Source: Anthoceros angustus
Lineage: Eukaryota > Plantae > Anthocerotophyta
DNA length: 64,000 bases
Assembly (NCBI GenBank): GCA_010909165.1
Contig: MU008171.1
Span: forward strand, 1,320,297-1,384,296
Direction: 5' to 3'
This document shows positions 48,342-63,408 of the stretch, one piece after another. Made by a program: the position numbers and the translations under genes. Every line of letters begins with the position of its first letter. Positions within the stretch are counted from its first letter, which is position 1. Below the pieces are notes generated by a model. That model saw only the letters and a program-made list of their open reading frames with translations. It was not told the origin of the DNA and searched no databases.

Positions 48342-51300
48342 GACGTGAAAACCGATGCTAGGAACTAACTCTTAGAAGCTATTAGCAAGTAGGTTTTGTT
48401 AGCTTAGTTTAATCGCTTGGTACATAATTACTAAAATGCCCTTAAACAGAAAGTCGGAAATAACCCGCAAAATGGCCAAGTTTGGCCAGTCTCCCTCTCA
48501 CGTGGGAGAAAGCGCATGATCACTCCAATCCAAGAGGATGCCGCACCAAGAGTGGTGCCACTGTCGACGCAAGGTGGTTGCAAGGCGGATGGAGCACAAG
48601 ACCAAGGCGCGGCTGTGGAAGGCGCTTGTCAAGTCCCTAGGAGGAACGCTAGCTAAACACACGCAATTTTGTTGTTGTCGAATTTCTAGGTCAGAATGCA
48701 AAGACTATTGTGTGTATGCGCTGCTCAAGACATTGTGGCAATGTGTGTAATGTGCGTGTGGGACTTATCAGCTCTAGGCAGCCCGTGTAGGGCAGCCCTT
48801 TAATTTTCTCGAATCGGAAGTGAGCATCAAGACATGTGAGTGGTGCCGTGTCATTTCACAATCGCTTCGAGAAGCATTCAACTTGATCGCCTTGGCCTCG
48901 AGCATGAGGAGTCTCTGCACACGGCTCAGCTTGACCGCCTATGGGCTTGACGTGGTGTGCATTTTGCTAGGTTTCATGCATGGTCGATTGTGCAGGACTT
49001 GTTGGGTTTTTACGGCCTGTGGGTGCTGGGCGTGGATTTTCCAGGCCAGCTGTGTGCCCGCGTCGCACAACTCAAGGCCCTCTCATAATTTTTGAGTCCT
49101 CCCATGTCTCAACGCAGCAAGTTTCCACGGCCGTCCAGAGCTCATAGCGATCGCCACACGAGTCGTTGCTTTCAATTTGCATACCATCTTGTTTGCCTCG
49201 TTGAGACGAATCCGTTGGTATCATTTTTGTCTACTTTCGAGTGAGAAACAGTGGATGAATGCCCGGGAGAAGTTGATCACTAAGGGTTTTAGTTGGGGGA
49301 ATTTGGCTATGTGCGCCAACACTTTGCTGCGGGTAGGTGCCGGGTCTTGTACAGACGAGCACGAGGAGTGAGTCCAACAGGCTGAGGATTCTCGCGCAGG
49401 AGTGAGGCATCTACCGAAAAGCTTGAGGTCAGGGAGGATCCGAGTTGCAGATTGGCGTGTTCAAGGTTTGTGTTTCACACCGATTCTCGCAGCTAAGGTT
49501 TTCCTCTCGTGACAATTGATGCTGGCTTCCTTGACTCATCGGGCGTCGATTACATGGGGCATGCCACCGGTGAAGAGGGAGATAGCCCACTGCACTGCTT
49601 ATGAACGAGGGACGCCAGGGTTTTCGTGAGAAGGAGAAGGGCACCACACAAGATTTGTCCTTAGAGGACCTACCACAGTAATGAGCCCTGGACAAGGATC
49701 CTTTGCACCACCGTTAGGGTTAGCTGGTCCCCACTTACACCTTTGTGTGACTGAAGGAGGAGCAGGGGCTGGGCAGGTGGGAGTGCACCGGAGGGTCTGG
49801 GATTAGGCCTTTCCTCGTGGCTCGCCCCGCATTTATCGTAAGACCTGTGGCAAGAGGACCGTCGTGATTCTCGACACGATGGAAGGAGGGCCAAATGGCT
49901 GAAAATTCTCAGCGTGGAACACAATCGTTGAGGGATTTTAGGCTGCAGTCAATGAGGCAATTAGGTCAAGTTCAAACATTGCGATAACCACCTCTACATG
50001 TTCGAACAAGATCAAGATACATGGTCGAGGCCTGGATTTGTATGAAGCCCACCAAGCGAGCCGACCTCAACTACGGCCGCCTCCAATCCATTATTCCAAG
50101 GGCACCGCAGATGGCCTACAATGCTGTCAAGGTCAAGTGATGCCCCACCAGCCATATCTCGCAGTAATCGTCACGCCACGCAGCCGCCACCCACCGTGAT
50201 GCCCTCCTCACGGCCACAGAGAGGACAATGACCACGCAGGGATTGATGAATTCATACACACCCCAAATATGCCAACCGTGGAAGAGTTCATGAAGATCCT
50301 CGAGAAGGCTTTTCCACTCAAGACTCCGAGAAGATTATGGAGCAAGCTTGGAAAGGGAGACAGATGGTGTTTCGTGAGGCTGCATGTAGATGGGACCGCA
50401 TGCTGCTGCACTCAAGCGGAGAAATTCCTCACACTTGAGGGTGATCACCGTTCATTTCCACCGTTGTCCTCACTTGTGGATAAGTATGGCGATGCCTATA
50501 CTTAGTGTACATGAGGAAGCGGAGAAGAAAGAGATTGCTTACTGCCTTCTCCTCCAAGCATTCCAAGGCCTTCCACCATTATCAAGGCATGTTTTCAAGG
50601 GTGTCCGGGGGAACTTCTTCAAGGACTACACCCTAAGCCACCAAGGGAGCAATGAAGTGATCGCTCACATACCGTCACCATGTGCAACCATTGTGGCGGA
50701 GCACATCTCACAATTGCAAGTGCCCACCCAAGGCCTCTTTGCACTCATTGTCAAAAGAATGGTCATGTGAGCACCGGTGCTTTCAACTTCACCCCGAGAG
50801 GAGATACCGGTCGGCATCACCGGAGATGCTACTAGCATCAAGACAGGAGCAACTCGCACTGGGGACTCTAAGAGCAAGCAATGAGGGAGAAAGAAAGCCA
50901 AGGTTGAAAGAAACGCGACAAGATGACGCCGCCGGAGGCCACGCACGCCTTTGGCAAAGACAGTGGGCACGCTTACAACCAGCCTCGAAAGTGGAGCTAA
51001 GCTCGCAGGGTCGCAGAGGGTTCTGAAACATGAGAAGATTATGGACACCCACATGAGGTGTTGACAGCTCTGCCTCGTGACAAGCTAAGGGAAGATGTGC
51101 TACATGGGTTGGGCATGCCATTAATCTTGCCGGCTCGGACATCGTGTTAGCAAACGTGGCCCATCACCGAAAATGAGGAGCAAGGGCAGCAATGCCTCAA
51201 TCCTTTATGCCCTTGCCACTGAATCGCCATCCCATTACGGGGTGGATACATCTTCACTCCGGTGACAAAGACAGAGCCAATGCATGAGATGAGGCAGCCC

Positions 51301-54300
51301 TCGCTTTAGGGCAATTGTACATGATGCCCCTTTGGTCACACATGAGCAGGGCAAGACGGTTGTTGCAGCACCATTAATGTCCTTGCGGGACATGGGCATG
51401 ACTGTGGAACGCCTCCAAAGAATCGCCGGCAGTATTGTGAAGTCGCGCTGCTCATGTGCCGGAGATTTGGTAGTCGTCCGGGGGACTTGTTCCTTTCCGG
51501 ATCACCGTAGTAAATTCAGCTGGAGCCCGTGGATGCTTCCATTGCAAATGACCCGCATGATCGAATTTCCATGGTCATTGGAGCATCCACGCATCCAAAA
51601 CTACCAACAGCGAATGCGAGTGAGTAACGCAGGGTAGACAACCGAGGGACGGGTCATCACAACCACTGTGCACCTGTGGTGGTGGTTGACATCTCACCCG
51701 CCATTATAGGCAGTCACAAAGTTTTGGTTTGCAGGAGAAGCACTGAAATCCCCATGGAACATCCGCACACCGTGGGAGCCTGTGTGGCGAGACTTGAGCT
51801 GTGCACATCACATTGAATCCAGCTCATCGGATGCCATGACCATGTCTGCGTGCTTGGTGACCACGGCCACAAACTACGACACCGCTAGGATGAGTTTCTT
51901 TTCCCACCGGGCGAGGAGTGGATAATTGACCTGAGTGTGCCTTCTATCGGCCGGCAGCAGGAGGACGGCTAGCACATATTCCTTGACTTGACCCGGCAGG
52001 TGGCCACGAGAGTCACGTTAGTGGTGTGCCATGCTAAGGAGCCCCTGCAATCGTGAAGCTAGTCCAAGATGCTAACCAGCAAGATGCACAATCTTGAAGC
52101 CGATGGACGCCATTCCTGTCCATGGATCTCACAGGCTTGCAAACATGCCCTTGCACAACCCGATCATCCGTAGGCTCACGCTACTGCAAGATGTAAGAGA
52201 TGAAAAGCAGGATGCACTTGTTGATTCAGTGTTAACCACCCACTCAAGATCGAGTGCCGGATCACAATGTGATTACATGGGCGCCATCGTTCGGGACACG
52301 GTGGTAGAACTCTTTGGCGGATCTGCATCGGGCCGGAGGCTCTCTTGATGATCGATCCATACGCCGATACGTATTGTGACAATGATGTCACAAAGACGCC
52401 GTATCGCAGAGTTCAGCCGCAAGGCTGGCGCCACAAAGAATCGCCTTGGAGGCCTATCACGCTTTCACCGCCTACGGATGTCCGTTACATTCAAGAAGGC
52501 CACATTCGTGCCTTGGGAAATGTGGATATGGTGATTGCCGGGCCGGAATGCTGGGGTTCTCCTAAGCCGGCATGGAGCTGGTCTAAGATGCACTGTAATG
52601 CTCAGGATCTACATCAGTCCTCACATGGGCTCAAGAATACAACCCGCGTGTGCTTACCTCCTTGAGAATCGCACGGAGACAGCACATGTGCAGACATGGG
52701 CGTGGTTCAAGATTATCCGGGCCTCCCATCCTGTTAGATGCGGCCTGTGTGGGCGCTTTGCTCACCGCCTCGAGGAATTATCTGGACCAACTTGGTCCCC
52801 GCCTCGCCAGACTGGCTTTATGGCACACACAGGACCCGTCCAGCCTTCAATCGGCCGGAGGATCATCACCAGCCCAGCTTGTTACCGCTGAGCGGCGCCT
52901 TGGTTCAAAACCAACACACTGCCACCGCACTCGCCCACCGGTTAGCTTTCCGTTCATTCACATGTGGTCGAGGGACAGGTGTTGAACACCAACACGCAGC
53001 AGTGGGAGGAACCCATCGCGGCCGGAGCGAACGCATTATGGGCTTTCACCCATTCTACGCCCCTACTACCACAACAAGAAGCGTTTCAGGCGAGCCATGG
53101 ATGTTCACGCACTCACGTGGTTAGTGAGTCTGTGCTTGGCTTTTCCACGCCGCTATGCCGGTCATGGTACCAGCCCATCGGCCAAAGACATGTGTCCACC
53201 GACGCATCTCCCTTTTCCCGGATATGCATACATGCCTTCCGGCGGATGGGGGTGGAGCAGTCCGGTGGCGCCCCTGTGCTTTTTCCGCCTCCCACCAGAG
53301 AGCTTAGATGATCAGTCCCGCAAAGCCTAAGCTAAATGCCGAGACTTTTCCTGGCGCATGGGGGATGGATCGACAGATGTAAGACACGCATCCACACTCT
53401 CCTCAAGTATCATCGCTTTGCCTTTTACCATGAAGGACCTTACCGCAATGTGATCAGATTTCGATCAACGACCAGTGTGAGCCCATCTACGCACAGTGTT
53501 GAGCAAGACGGAGTGGGAGATGGTCGATGCTAGTGTCGTGAGCTTTGAAGGTGGCTTATCCGCTATCCAAAGCATTATGTCGCAAAGAATCGGCCGCTTA
53601 AAGAAGGATGCCCAAGGGCGGACGGAAACGGATGTGTGGGACTATCGTCCCATCAATGCCGCCATCACAGGATCGGTACCCAATGCCGACCGAGGAGATA
53701 TTTGACATTGGGCGCCTTCTTCTCTACTTTGGACCTTCGTGTGGTTTTAACGATTCCGCTGCGTAAGAGGATATCAAGAAGACCGCTTCACGGTCCCAAT
53801 ACCGTGGAATGGCTGGTGATGCCATTCGGTTCAAGAACGCACGCCACCGGGTGATGGATCCGTTTTGGATGTGCCAACTTGTTGTGCTATATCGACGACG
53901 GGGTTCACGATCGCTTTGAGGATCACCGGCACACTTAGAGGAGCTGTTCCGTAGGCTAAGGAAGGCAGGCTCACATGTCACCCGTCCAAATGTGAATTTG
54001 GAATGAACACGGTGGCATATTTAGGTCACAATCGTTCTAACGGGTGATGCCCCACTCACCAAGGTACAGGCTATCCGCAGTGAAGGAGCCCACCAACGTG
54101 TACCTTGCGTGCCTTTCTTGGGTTATGCAACTATTATAGGTTTACATTCGAATTTCAGCAACGAAACCCTTGAATGACATGTTGAGGAAAGACGGAATGG
54201 GCATGGATGAGTTGGCGCAGCAAGCTTTTGACATGTTGAAGGAGCAATTGACCAGTCACCATCATGGCTAGGCCGATTTTAGCAAGCCATTTGTGTTACA

Positions 54301-57063
54301 CACCGATTGGAGCAGGGGACTTGGGCGGTTTGCACAAGAGGATGAGCGGCAAGGAGCGCGTGATCGCTATGCCTCGAGGAGTAATAACCGAGCGGAGGCC
54401 AAGCAGCTATGAGGGGAGTGCCTCGCAATGCTTGGGCCGCTTGCCACTCCGCCCATATTTGTATGGTCGCAGCTTTGGTTAGTGATCGATCATCACCATT
54501 GAAATGGCTGATGACTAACACAAAATTGAGTGGGAAGTGGCTCACTGGGCCATGATACTTCAAGATTATGACTTCCTGTGGAGCCAGAGTGACACACCAA
54601 AATGCGCATATGCTATCTAGAAATCCGGACAGACGCAGTGATGTCACCGAAGCGGGACCATGAGGAGGAGATTGGTGCGATGTCATGTCGCCTGACCCTT
54701 GTTGCCATGACCGCCTTGGATGATTGTGTTTGTCGCTCACCTAATGCAAAGGACATTTGGGAAGATGTGAATGCTCTTCAAGATTTGCACGTATATGGAC
54801 GAGGCCCGGACCCAAATTGAAAAGAACAGTGCGTCAGGTCAACAAGACTATTGGCGTGATGGCTACATGATTCGCAAGTCGGGCAATGGTGTCGAGCGCT
54901 TGGTGCCACCACCGGTGATAGGTCGACTACGGTGCACGACGACATGGGTCACTTTGCGGACTTACACCGCTCACACCTCATTTTTATTGGTATGGGATGC
55001 ACTGTGCGAACAGTGGCCGGAGCCTTGTGACCGAGTCAAGGCCTCCTTTACTATGCAAAGACCTTCTCCACCCTCCGCCCATCATGGGCTTGTTCTTTCA
55101 CCGTCCCGCGACCTCATTGGAGAATTGACTAGGACGCCGAGAGGCAATGTCTACATACTTGTCATGATGGAGCATTTCTCCAAATGGGTGGAGGTTGTGG
55201 CTCTATCGATAAGTCCTCGCTGAAGCACGTCCCTGCATTTTGCACACGTGCTTAGCCGCCAGTAGCTGTCGAGTGCCCGACCCATGTGGCTCGAAGTTTA
55301 GAGGGGAATTTCGTGACCTTTTAGATGTTGCGCTTATCGATCACGGACTAGCGTGGACCATCCTCGTGTGATGGCTCGGGTCAAAGGATGGTCCGGACCA
55401 TCAAAGAGAAAGTTATGCTTGCGCGGAAAGGAGGATTGGGACCTCATGCGCCTACATCGCTATGGGCTACCGCATGAGTAAACATGCGCCTTGGCACACT
55501 TCTCCTTACTTGCTTTTTGGTCGTGAGCCGGTGCCGAGTACAATAGCTAAGAAGATGCAGGAGGTGGTACAAATTGATGATCCCACATGGGCTCGAGTGA
55601 TTGGGGAGCATTATTTCGGCGTTATGCCAATGGCTATGGCCAACCTCAACATAGCTCAAGACCGGATTCCTTACGCGATACCAAGGGTCATTGCCCAAGT
55701 CAAGAAATTCTGATTGGGATTTCGATACTTGCAAAGGCAAACGGACACCTTGGACATCGCTAGCAGACATGTGCCGAGGGTGCGAAGTTAGGCCCAATGG
55801 AGTGCCGATTTTTTGCGGTGGCTCGATGGTAGGACTATTGCACCATACCAAGAACCGTGCGCCCGCCACTTACCTAATTTGGACCCCATGCTGATAACAA
55901 TGGATTCCACCGCACTACCTGCAGTTTGTGGGAGGATGATGATGAGGAGCTTCTCGTGACGGATGCAATGGGGTTTTCATTTGTTTTGCCTCCTCCGCAG
56001 TCGCTCGAGCAACTCGGTATTGTGCAAAGTGTGCTGGAAATGCTTGTTCGTGGATGACTGCTTGGATTTTACACCATGTGATGTTGGTCGGTGATGGAAT
56101 TGTGTGGACCTTTTGTTTGCTAGACGACCAAAGCTTTCCATTGTGAATGCGGCCGCGGGAGTTCTAGGATTCTTGCTGGCCTCATTCTTGGTTCCATGTG
56201 GCATTTGTTTCACGCTGCGATGCCTTGTTTCTTTCTTTCCGATTGTTTCGCCTGCCCATCACCGGGGTATAGGTAGAATTTTAGCACTTTTCTTTTTGTT
56301 TGGCCTCGACAGCCCTCTTTTCCCTTGCAGAAGGCCGGGTGAAAACCAGAAGAAGTGTGAGTGTCGGCTGGTTTTGTACCGATGATGAAGACGCACGATA
56401 CCGACGTGAAACCGATGCTAGGAACTAACTCTTAGAAGCTAGGGCTTAGCAAGTAGGTTTTGTTAGCTTAGTTTAATCGCTTGGTACCGATAATTACTAA
56501 AATGCCCTTAAACAGAAAGTCGGAAATAACCCGCAAAATGGCCAAGCTTGGGCCAGTCTCCTCTCACACACCGGTGGGAGAAAGCGACATGATCACTCCA
56601 ATCCCAGGATGCACCAAGAGTGTGGTGCCGGTATCACGACGCAAGGTGGTTGCAAGGTTATGGAGCACAAGACCAAGGCGGCGGGAAGGCAGCTTGTCAA
56701 GTCCCTAGGAGGAACGCTAATGAACACACAATTTTGTTGTTGTCGAATTTCTAGGTCAGAATGCAAAGACTGTGTGTATCAAAGATTGTGGCAATGTGTG
56801 TAATGTGCAAGGTTCATGGGACTTATCACCTAGGCACCTGTAGGGCAGCCCTTTAATTTTCTCTCGAATCGGTGAGCATCAAGACATGTGAGCGCTGCGC
56901 ATGTCCGTAGTATAGGTAGAATTTTAGCACTTTTCTTTTTGTTTGGCCGGATAAGCAGCCCTCTTTTCCCTTTGCACCAAGGCCGGTGAAAACCAGAAGA
57001 AGTGTGAGCAAGTCTGTTTTGTCATACCGACAAATGATGAAGACGCACGACAAAGATACTACC
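48342..57063 (+). mobile_element. Family B Gypsy-Dnmt-PHD retroelement with split direct repeats, copy 2
   Basis: a1 48342-~48850, b1 56267-56402, a2 56403-56905, b2 56910-57063. TVVELFGG (~52300), VDMVIAGPECWGS (~52522), ERIMGFHP (~53030), YIDD 53888-53899, integrase ORF 54771..55223, PHD ~55920-56035. Confidence 0.88.
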
Positions 57064-60000
57064 GGTGGTGCAGAGGGCGCCACACGGCCCATCCCTCCGC
57101 CACACCATTGTGAAACCCCGACGGGTGGTGCTGGATAGGGAGGGGCGCGCCGCCGGGCGCCCTCCACGCCACCAGTAGCTTCGGGGGAGGAGGGCCGCCT
57201 CACGGCACCCTCCCTCCTCTCGACCACTCACTTTTATGCCCGACGGTGGAGTGCCACAGAGGGCGCCGCCGCCGCCTCCCTCCACGTGCCCATTGTGGCC
57301 TCCTTCCACACACTCAGACGCCACTTCCATCGAAAATTCAGAGGGCTAACCTTAGAAGCAACCTTGGAATGAAGGCTAACCTTAGAAGCAAATGCTGCCC
57401 AAATCGAGCCAAGATTTGGTCGAGTGTAGAGGATACTCCTCCTAAAACATCTCAGATGTGGACAAAAAGCGATAAGGGATAAGCTCGAGTTGCGTATTTA
57501 ATACAACTACAGTCAAAGTGCCGTTGAAGATAATGATGACAATGCGGAGAAGCTGGACCAAGTGATGATTAAGGATTGAACTCGGGATGAAACCCAAATC
57601 TGCTTTTTCCCGGTCCCAGTTAATGTTGTAAGTCGGTTGCAATATCGTGTTAGGAAATACCGCCCATGGCTTTTGTGGTGTCATAACAAAACCACATTTT
57701 CCTCCCAAAATCGAGTTTACGTCTCTTCCCGGCAGAACGGCCTTCCTCACCGCTCCTTACTTTGCATTATTCCCGAGGTTCGAGTTTCATACCACCATTC
57801 GACACAAACATTGCCGGATGGAAAGTAGTAACTTTATCGGTGACACCCTTTTTTCTGTTTTTGCAATGCCTTCAAACGTTTTAGGGCCCATCAATAACCC
57901 CTTCGTAGATTATTTGCGAAAACCCTTCAAGATTATTCACCCCTTCAAAATTATCATGTTCTGCCTCACAGACAGATCACACGCCCCGCCCGGATTATTT
58001 CGCCCCACGCCCTTTTCACGCACGGCATATTCGTGATAAAATGCGTAGGCTTTATGCACCATTTACCCTAAAAATTCCTTTAACCTCAAAGACGCCAGTC
58101 CGCAGAAGCCATTCATGCGGCCCCCACCCCTATGTCGGATCGCGAAGGGCACATCGACAGCATTTCACTTCCATCCGTATCACCGTGAGAGGAGGCCCTG
58201 CAAAACACATGATATCCCCGATTACATTTGTCACAAAGGATAATTAGCCCGGTCCGTGATGTGACCACAAAATTCGCAAGGCAAGTCAATATGGTTTCCA
58301 CCGTACGAGTCCTCGTGTGGCATGGTGCCAAGTGACTATATGTTCCTTACAACGCGCCCATCCCGTCTCTTCCAATTCAATGACACCGCCACCCACACTC
58401 ACCACCCGTGAAAATTAAACGCCTTGCTTACATCCAACGTGCTCAAGGCCGGTCACAAGTACACAAAGTCCCCCACTTGAAACTTCCTCGCCTTGCTTTC
58501 CACGAGCCACCTCGCGTAAAGGCATAGGAGGTGGTCCCAATGTTGGGCAATGGCTGTTGTCCATGGCCATCGGATTACCCAAATTTTGGCTCGGTTTTGC
58601 AACTCCAAGAGACACTCTTCCGGATTCTGTGCCCGCCTACTAGTTTGGAATTATCCGCCACAATATTTGGCATCATAGCTCCGCTCCAAACATGATGTAA
58701 TACGGGCCGAGTTGCCCAAAGCACCGCATTAACGATCCTATATCCCAATGCCACATATGGCAACAACTCATCCCGGGCCTCAATCTCAAAGGCAATATTT
58801 GCGAGAGAATCCTTGAAAGTTTGTACTAACCGCTCCGCCAACCCCGCTTGAGGATGGTCCCAGATGTGCGGCGGTGATCTATCGCTCGATCCAAGAGTGC
58901 TTGAATTCACCAAACTCATTGCCTTGGTCCGTCAACACCTCGCACAACTCCCATATCTCACGAGAACATCAGAAATGCCCGGCCGTACTTGGAGCTCCCC
59001 GATCGAGAAAAGCCAACTCCACCCACTTTGAAAAGTGCTCTATCATCAACATGCAATGCTTGTTGCCTTGTCTTGTCAACGCGCTCGTACATCAGTCACG
59101 TAATTACCCAAGAACAATCCCTCGATAGGGCCGAATGTAGTACCACATCCTGGTCAAGTAAACCTTGCCTTCACCGCATCGCACGCAAAGACATCGCCAC
59201 CACCACTGCTCCACACATACCCCGACCAAAAGTATGTATTCTTCAAAGATGTGATGTGTTCTCTTGACGCCAAAATGCCCCAACGCTTTGTGCACCTTGA
59301 TCACTAATGGTCTTCTTTCCTCCACGGAGGCACCTCCTTGCTCACCCTCGATCAACCACAAACACTTTACCGTCCTTGTATGTATAGCGAAGCGATTCTT
59401 CACCGCACTGGAGGGCCATCACCACATCACCACATGCCCATCCTCAACAATCGAATGGCATGCTCGAGCTTCCATATGTCTCACCCCCTTCCGACGCCTG
59501 TTCACCGCTTGCTTCTATGGACATCAATGCCAAATACACCGGCACGCAATGCGTAGATCCGAAATCTTGTCTCGCCCAAGTGGTGTCTTCGCCACACACA
59601 TCGGGTTCACCGAGCCCACTCCAGATTGAGATGCACCTTTCCCCGGCATACAATTTGCATGTCATATCGGATAGCAACAGCCCACCTAGCAAGCTTCCCC
59701 ACTGTTGGTCATCGCCGGTGTTAGATCCGCGACCAAAAAACTTTGGCCAAATGTGTACACTCTAAATGCGTAACCGCCCGTAGCAAAGACACTCTCCTCA
59801 TAAGACGAGTGCCTCGCAGTTGTTGTTCGACCGCCGCGATGCTACAACCCGCTTCTTCCTTCCTCATCTCGCTGGGCAAGCACGGCTCCAATGCCTATCG
59901 ACTCCAATCCGACAGGACAAGGGCCTTCTGGTTGGGCCTTTTAAGCATTGGCCTCGCCAACTTCCTTCAACTCACCACGCTTGCTCTGCCCCCGCTCCCG

Positions 60001-63000
60001 CCTCCCAAAGGCTAATGGGCTTCCTTCTTGAGCAACTGAGCAACTCAGAGGTTTTGGTTTCATGTTTCTTATAAACCGACGATAGTAGTTCACCAACCCC
60101 AAGAATGCCTCGGCTATATCTTTGGTCTGGGCATGAGACTCACCGCACTTTGGCCAACTGTGCAAAGAAGCCTCCTGCACACAATCTTATGCCCCAAGTA
60201 GTCTATCTCCTCAGTATGCAACTTGCATTTCTGGGATGGGCCTTCACCAGACGGCTTTGGCCACAAAGCAGCACTTCTAAGTGCTCAAGGTGTTCCTCCG
60301 TGTTATTGCAAACACCGAATGTCATCGATGTAGCACTTGACAAATGCTAGCCCTTGCGCCCAAGTCACCACCAAAATATATGGACGCTGCTCTTCAACCC
60401 GAACGGCATGGTCTCCCACTCCCACTACCGCTTCTTGCCCCAAAACGCTGTCTTGCACTTGTCCTTCTCCTCAATCACAACTGATTGAACCCATCGAAAA
60501 TCAAGGGTGATGAAGTATTTGGCCTCTCCAATAGCCAAAGATCTTGTCGAGTGGGCATGGGATACCGCTCCATGGGCGTTATTTCATTCAGGCTCGTAAT
60601 CCCCACACATTCTCCTATCCTTCCATTCCCCATGCTCATCCTTCTTGAGTGGCAACACCAGAGTCGCAGATATTGCGAGGTCGATTTCCTGATCACCCGC
60701 CCAGCTTGCACCGCTTGTCTCGACATCCCATTCCACGGGACTCTTTGTGTCTTCTTCAAACACATGGTTCATTGGTGGTCGTGGTGATCTTGAACTTGAT
60801 GCGATCATACCGCCTAACTCGCCCAACCGAACGCAGGTGCCTCGATTTCGAGTAACATGTTTCGATCCTTTGCCGCCACCGGTTGCAAATCTCACATATT
60901 TGCCAATCATCGGCCGACTCATGGTTCCTTTCCTCCTATTAGGAATGAGGTTGCCGTGTAAGGCATGTTCTTGCTGTGTATGTAGGTTCATCTTTTCGTC
61001 CACATCATCGATGCTCCTTGCCATCCTTTCGACACATGGCTATCAGATAGCCCGCACATCAACCATTGCATCTAAGTGTCAAGGCTTGCCCGATCAACCT
61101 CGCAGACCTAATGATCTCGACACACCATGCAGGTGCACCACACAAATCCCATGGCCTGCGTTCTCGCTCTATTGTGGGCTCCTACTTCATTTCCTTCGTG
61201 TAGACCATGCCTTCTCCTCCTTTCCTAAATGCATAGACCCGCACTCTTGACGAGCGGGCCATGCCCTTCTTGGTTTTCCCACCACGTCACCGGGTAGTGG
61301 GGTAACTTGTCTCCCTTGCGCAATGGTTGTGACCGTCGTCTGACCCGGATGTCATCTACATGGCGCTCGAATATTAATCAAGTGATGCCTTAGGGTTGTC
61401 ACACCGCCCACATTAGTCCGTGCTACGCACTGATGTGCATATGAGCCGGTCTGCACAGATCCACACTAAGTTTTCCCCAACTTCGAGTTGCCCATATTGC
61501 TTCCGGGACCCTCACGCCTCGGTCAAAGTACCACACACGCTGCCACACGCCAGAGATGGCGGTCGTCAGCACTTCCTCGCAAGATCCGAATGACTTCCAT
61601 CCTAGTTCCATGCCATTGCCCGAGCCACGGCCGCCAGCCTGAAAGTTTTGCATTCCCATCCCGCAATCAACATATCCACCGCACCCAATGGCTTCAATTT
61701 GACGCTTTCCTACCAATAAGATATCAGCAGGCAAATTCGCTTCGCATCCTTGATTGCCTCTCTCGCATCAACGTGAGTACTCCCTTTGCAGCCAATGATT
61801 CGGTCACTGCCACCGACGCCTTTCATCCGACATGTGTATTTTTTATCCAAATGCCACTCCTCAGATTGCCTCTAACCCGGTCGATCCCGAGCAAAGCTCC
61901 ATCGATGAATGCCCCGCCTTCCGCTTCCTCGAATCACTTATTGCTGATCCCGCACTAGCCGGATTCAAAACCGCATCTCTGGTAGGCTCCGGGCACACAC
62001 GGTTAAGGGACACTCCTGCTACCCTGTCGATGTTCTCGGTACCGCACTAACGCTGGTGTTCTCGACATATGTGCAAGCACCTCGTGGTCATCCAAGTCTC
62101 TTCCTCATCGCCTTCTTGGTTCTTCACACCTCACTGAACGCCCGCGCATGCGGCACCGCTAATGGGCTGCCCGGTTTTCCCGCCTCCTCATGCGGAATTA
62201 CATTATGGCGAGAAGTCCCCGCCCGCCATCGCGTCAGAGAATGCCACCGAATGTAGTGGGTCTACTCCCATTGTCGGTCCGTGTGGCCCGCCAAGCAAAG
62301 ACATCATAATGTCTTATGTTAGATACCAAGCAATGAACCTCAATGACCAAGCATCCTCGGGCTCGCTTGAGCTCTATGCGAATCGGATCCGTGTGATCCC
62401 CATCACTTGCTCTTGGTACCTGGACGGTGATGACGCACCTCACATGGCCTCTTCCATATCCTCAATCGGTATACTAAACTCCTTTGTGTCAATGACCAAG
62501 CCTTTAACCGGCCGTTGTCTTCCTTGAATTCCCGGCCTCGACTGCTTAATGCCAGGGAGAGCTCGAGCCCACCGCCGTGCAACTTTTGGTCTCCCACTTC
62601 TCAAAGATTTCATCCACGCATTTCCACACTCATCATCCACCTTGCAACATAATAATCCAAAGGTCCGGTTGTCCACGGCGGTGATAACTCGACCTTAGGT
62701 CCATGCTTGGTCGCATCCCACTTGGGAACCCCGGCCACCAAGCATATCTCTCCAACTTCCAGATTTAAGTCACACTTCACCCATCAACTAGCCTCGGCCT
62801 TCATCTCGCTTTGATGTACTACACTGTTGATGAAAGTAAAATCTTCCTAGCATCCGCAATGGTGTTGTGATCGGCAACCTCATCTCCTCATGTGAGGCCA
62901 GCAACAATAACATATGCATCCATCCACCCATACTCTTAAACCAATGGATACATGCCTGCTAGTCTAGATCAGCCTGAAGGAATGATTCCTCCCAATACAT

Positions 63001-63408
63001 AAAATTTGTAAACCCCCATTCCACCTTATCCATGTCAAAGAGTTCTTGTTGGGACACTGGGTCTACTATGACAATCATTGGCAAAGACACCAACCACCAC
63101 GTGGAATGCTTCATCTTTTACATCAAAGCCTCCACTCAAGCCAGGTCTATTACGCATTTTTGCTGAACCGAAAAAGTTCTTCCGCGATCTAAATCGTTGA
63201 TGGACAGCTTTAACGTGACTCGCACTCTCTTCCGCAATTGCCTCTTGAGAATCATACAAGCTCAAGCAATATGTGTTGCATTACATTCATAATAGAAAGT
63301 ACATGCCTTTATGTAGGCAAGGTTGTTGTAACCAATAAGTGGTTGTAACAACTAACCAATTAAATAACTACTAAAAGAAACTACCTAGAGCCCTAAGGAC
63401 TAAATTAA
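57064..63408 (-). mobile_element. Family A Ty3/Gypsy-Dnmt retroelement, copy 4 (no L insertion; cut off in the AT-rich leader)
   Basis: PHD LCDKCNRGYHVFC (ORF 58113..58331), integrase DHPQAGLAERLVQTFK, YIDD 60321-60332, methyltransferase motif IV ~61650-61679. Homology to the other copies stops at 63408. Confidence 0.88.

Noticed and set aside
1-63408. Naming the host species, or treating all frameshifts as real pseudogenisation
   Set aside because: Element types point only broadly to a plant or streptophyte alga, and sequence error cannot be separated from decay without reads.
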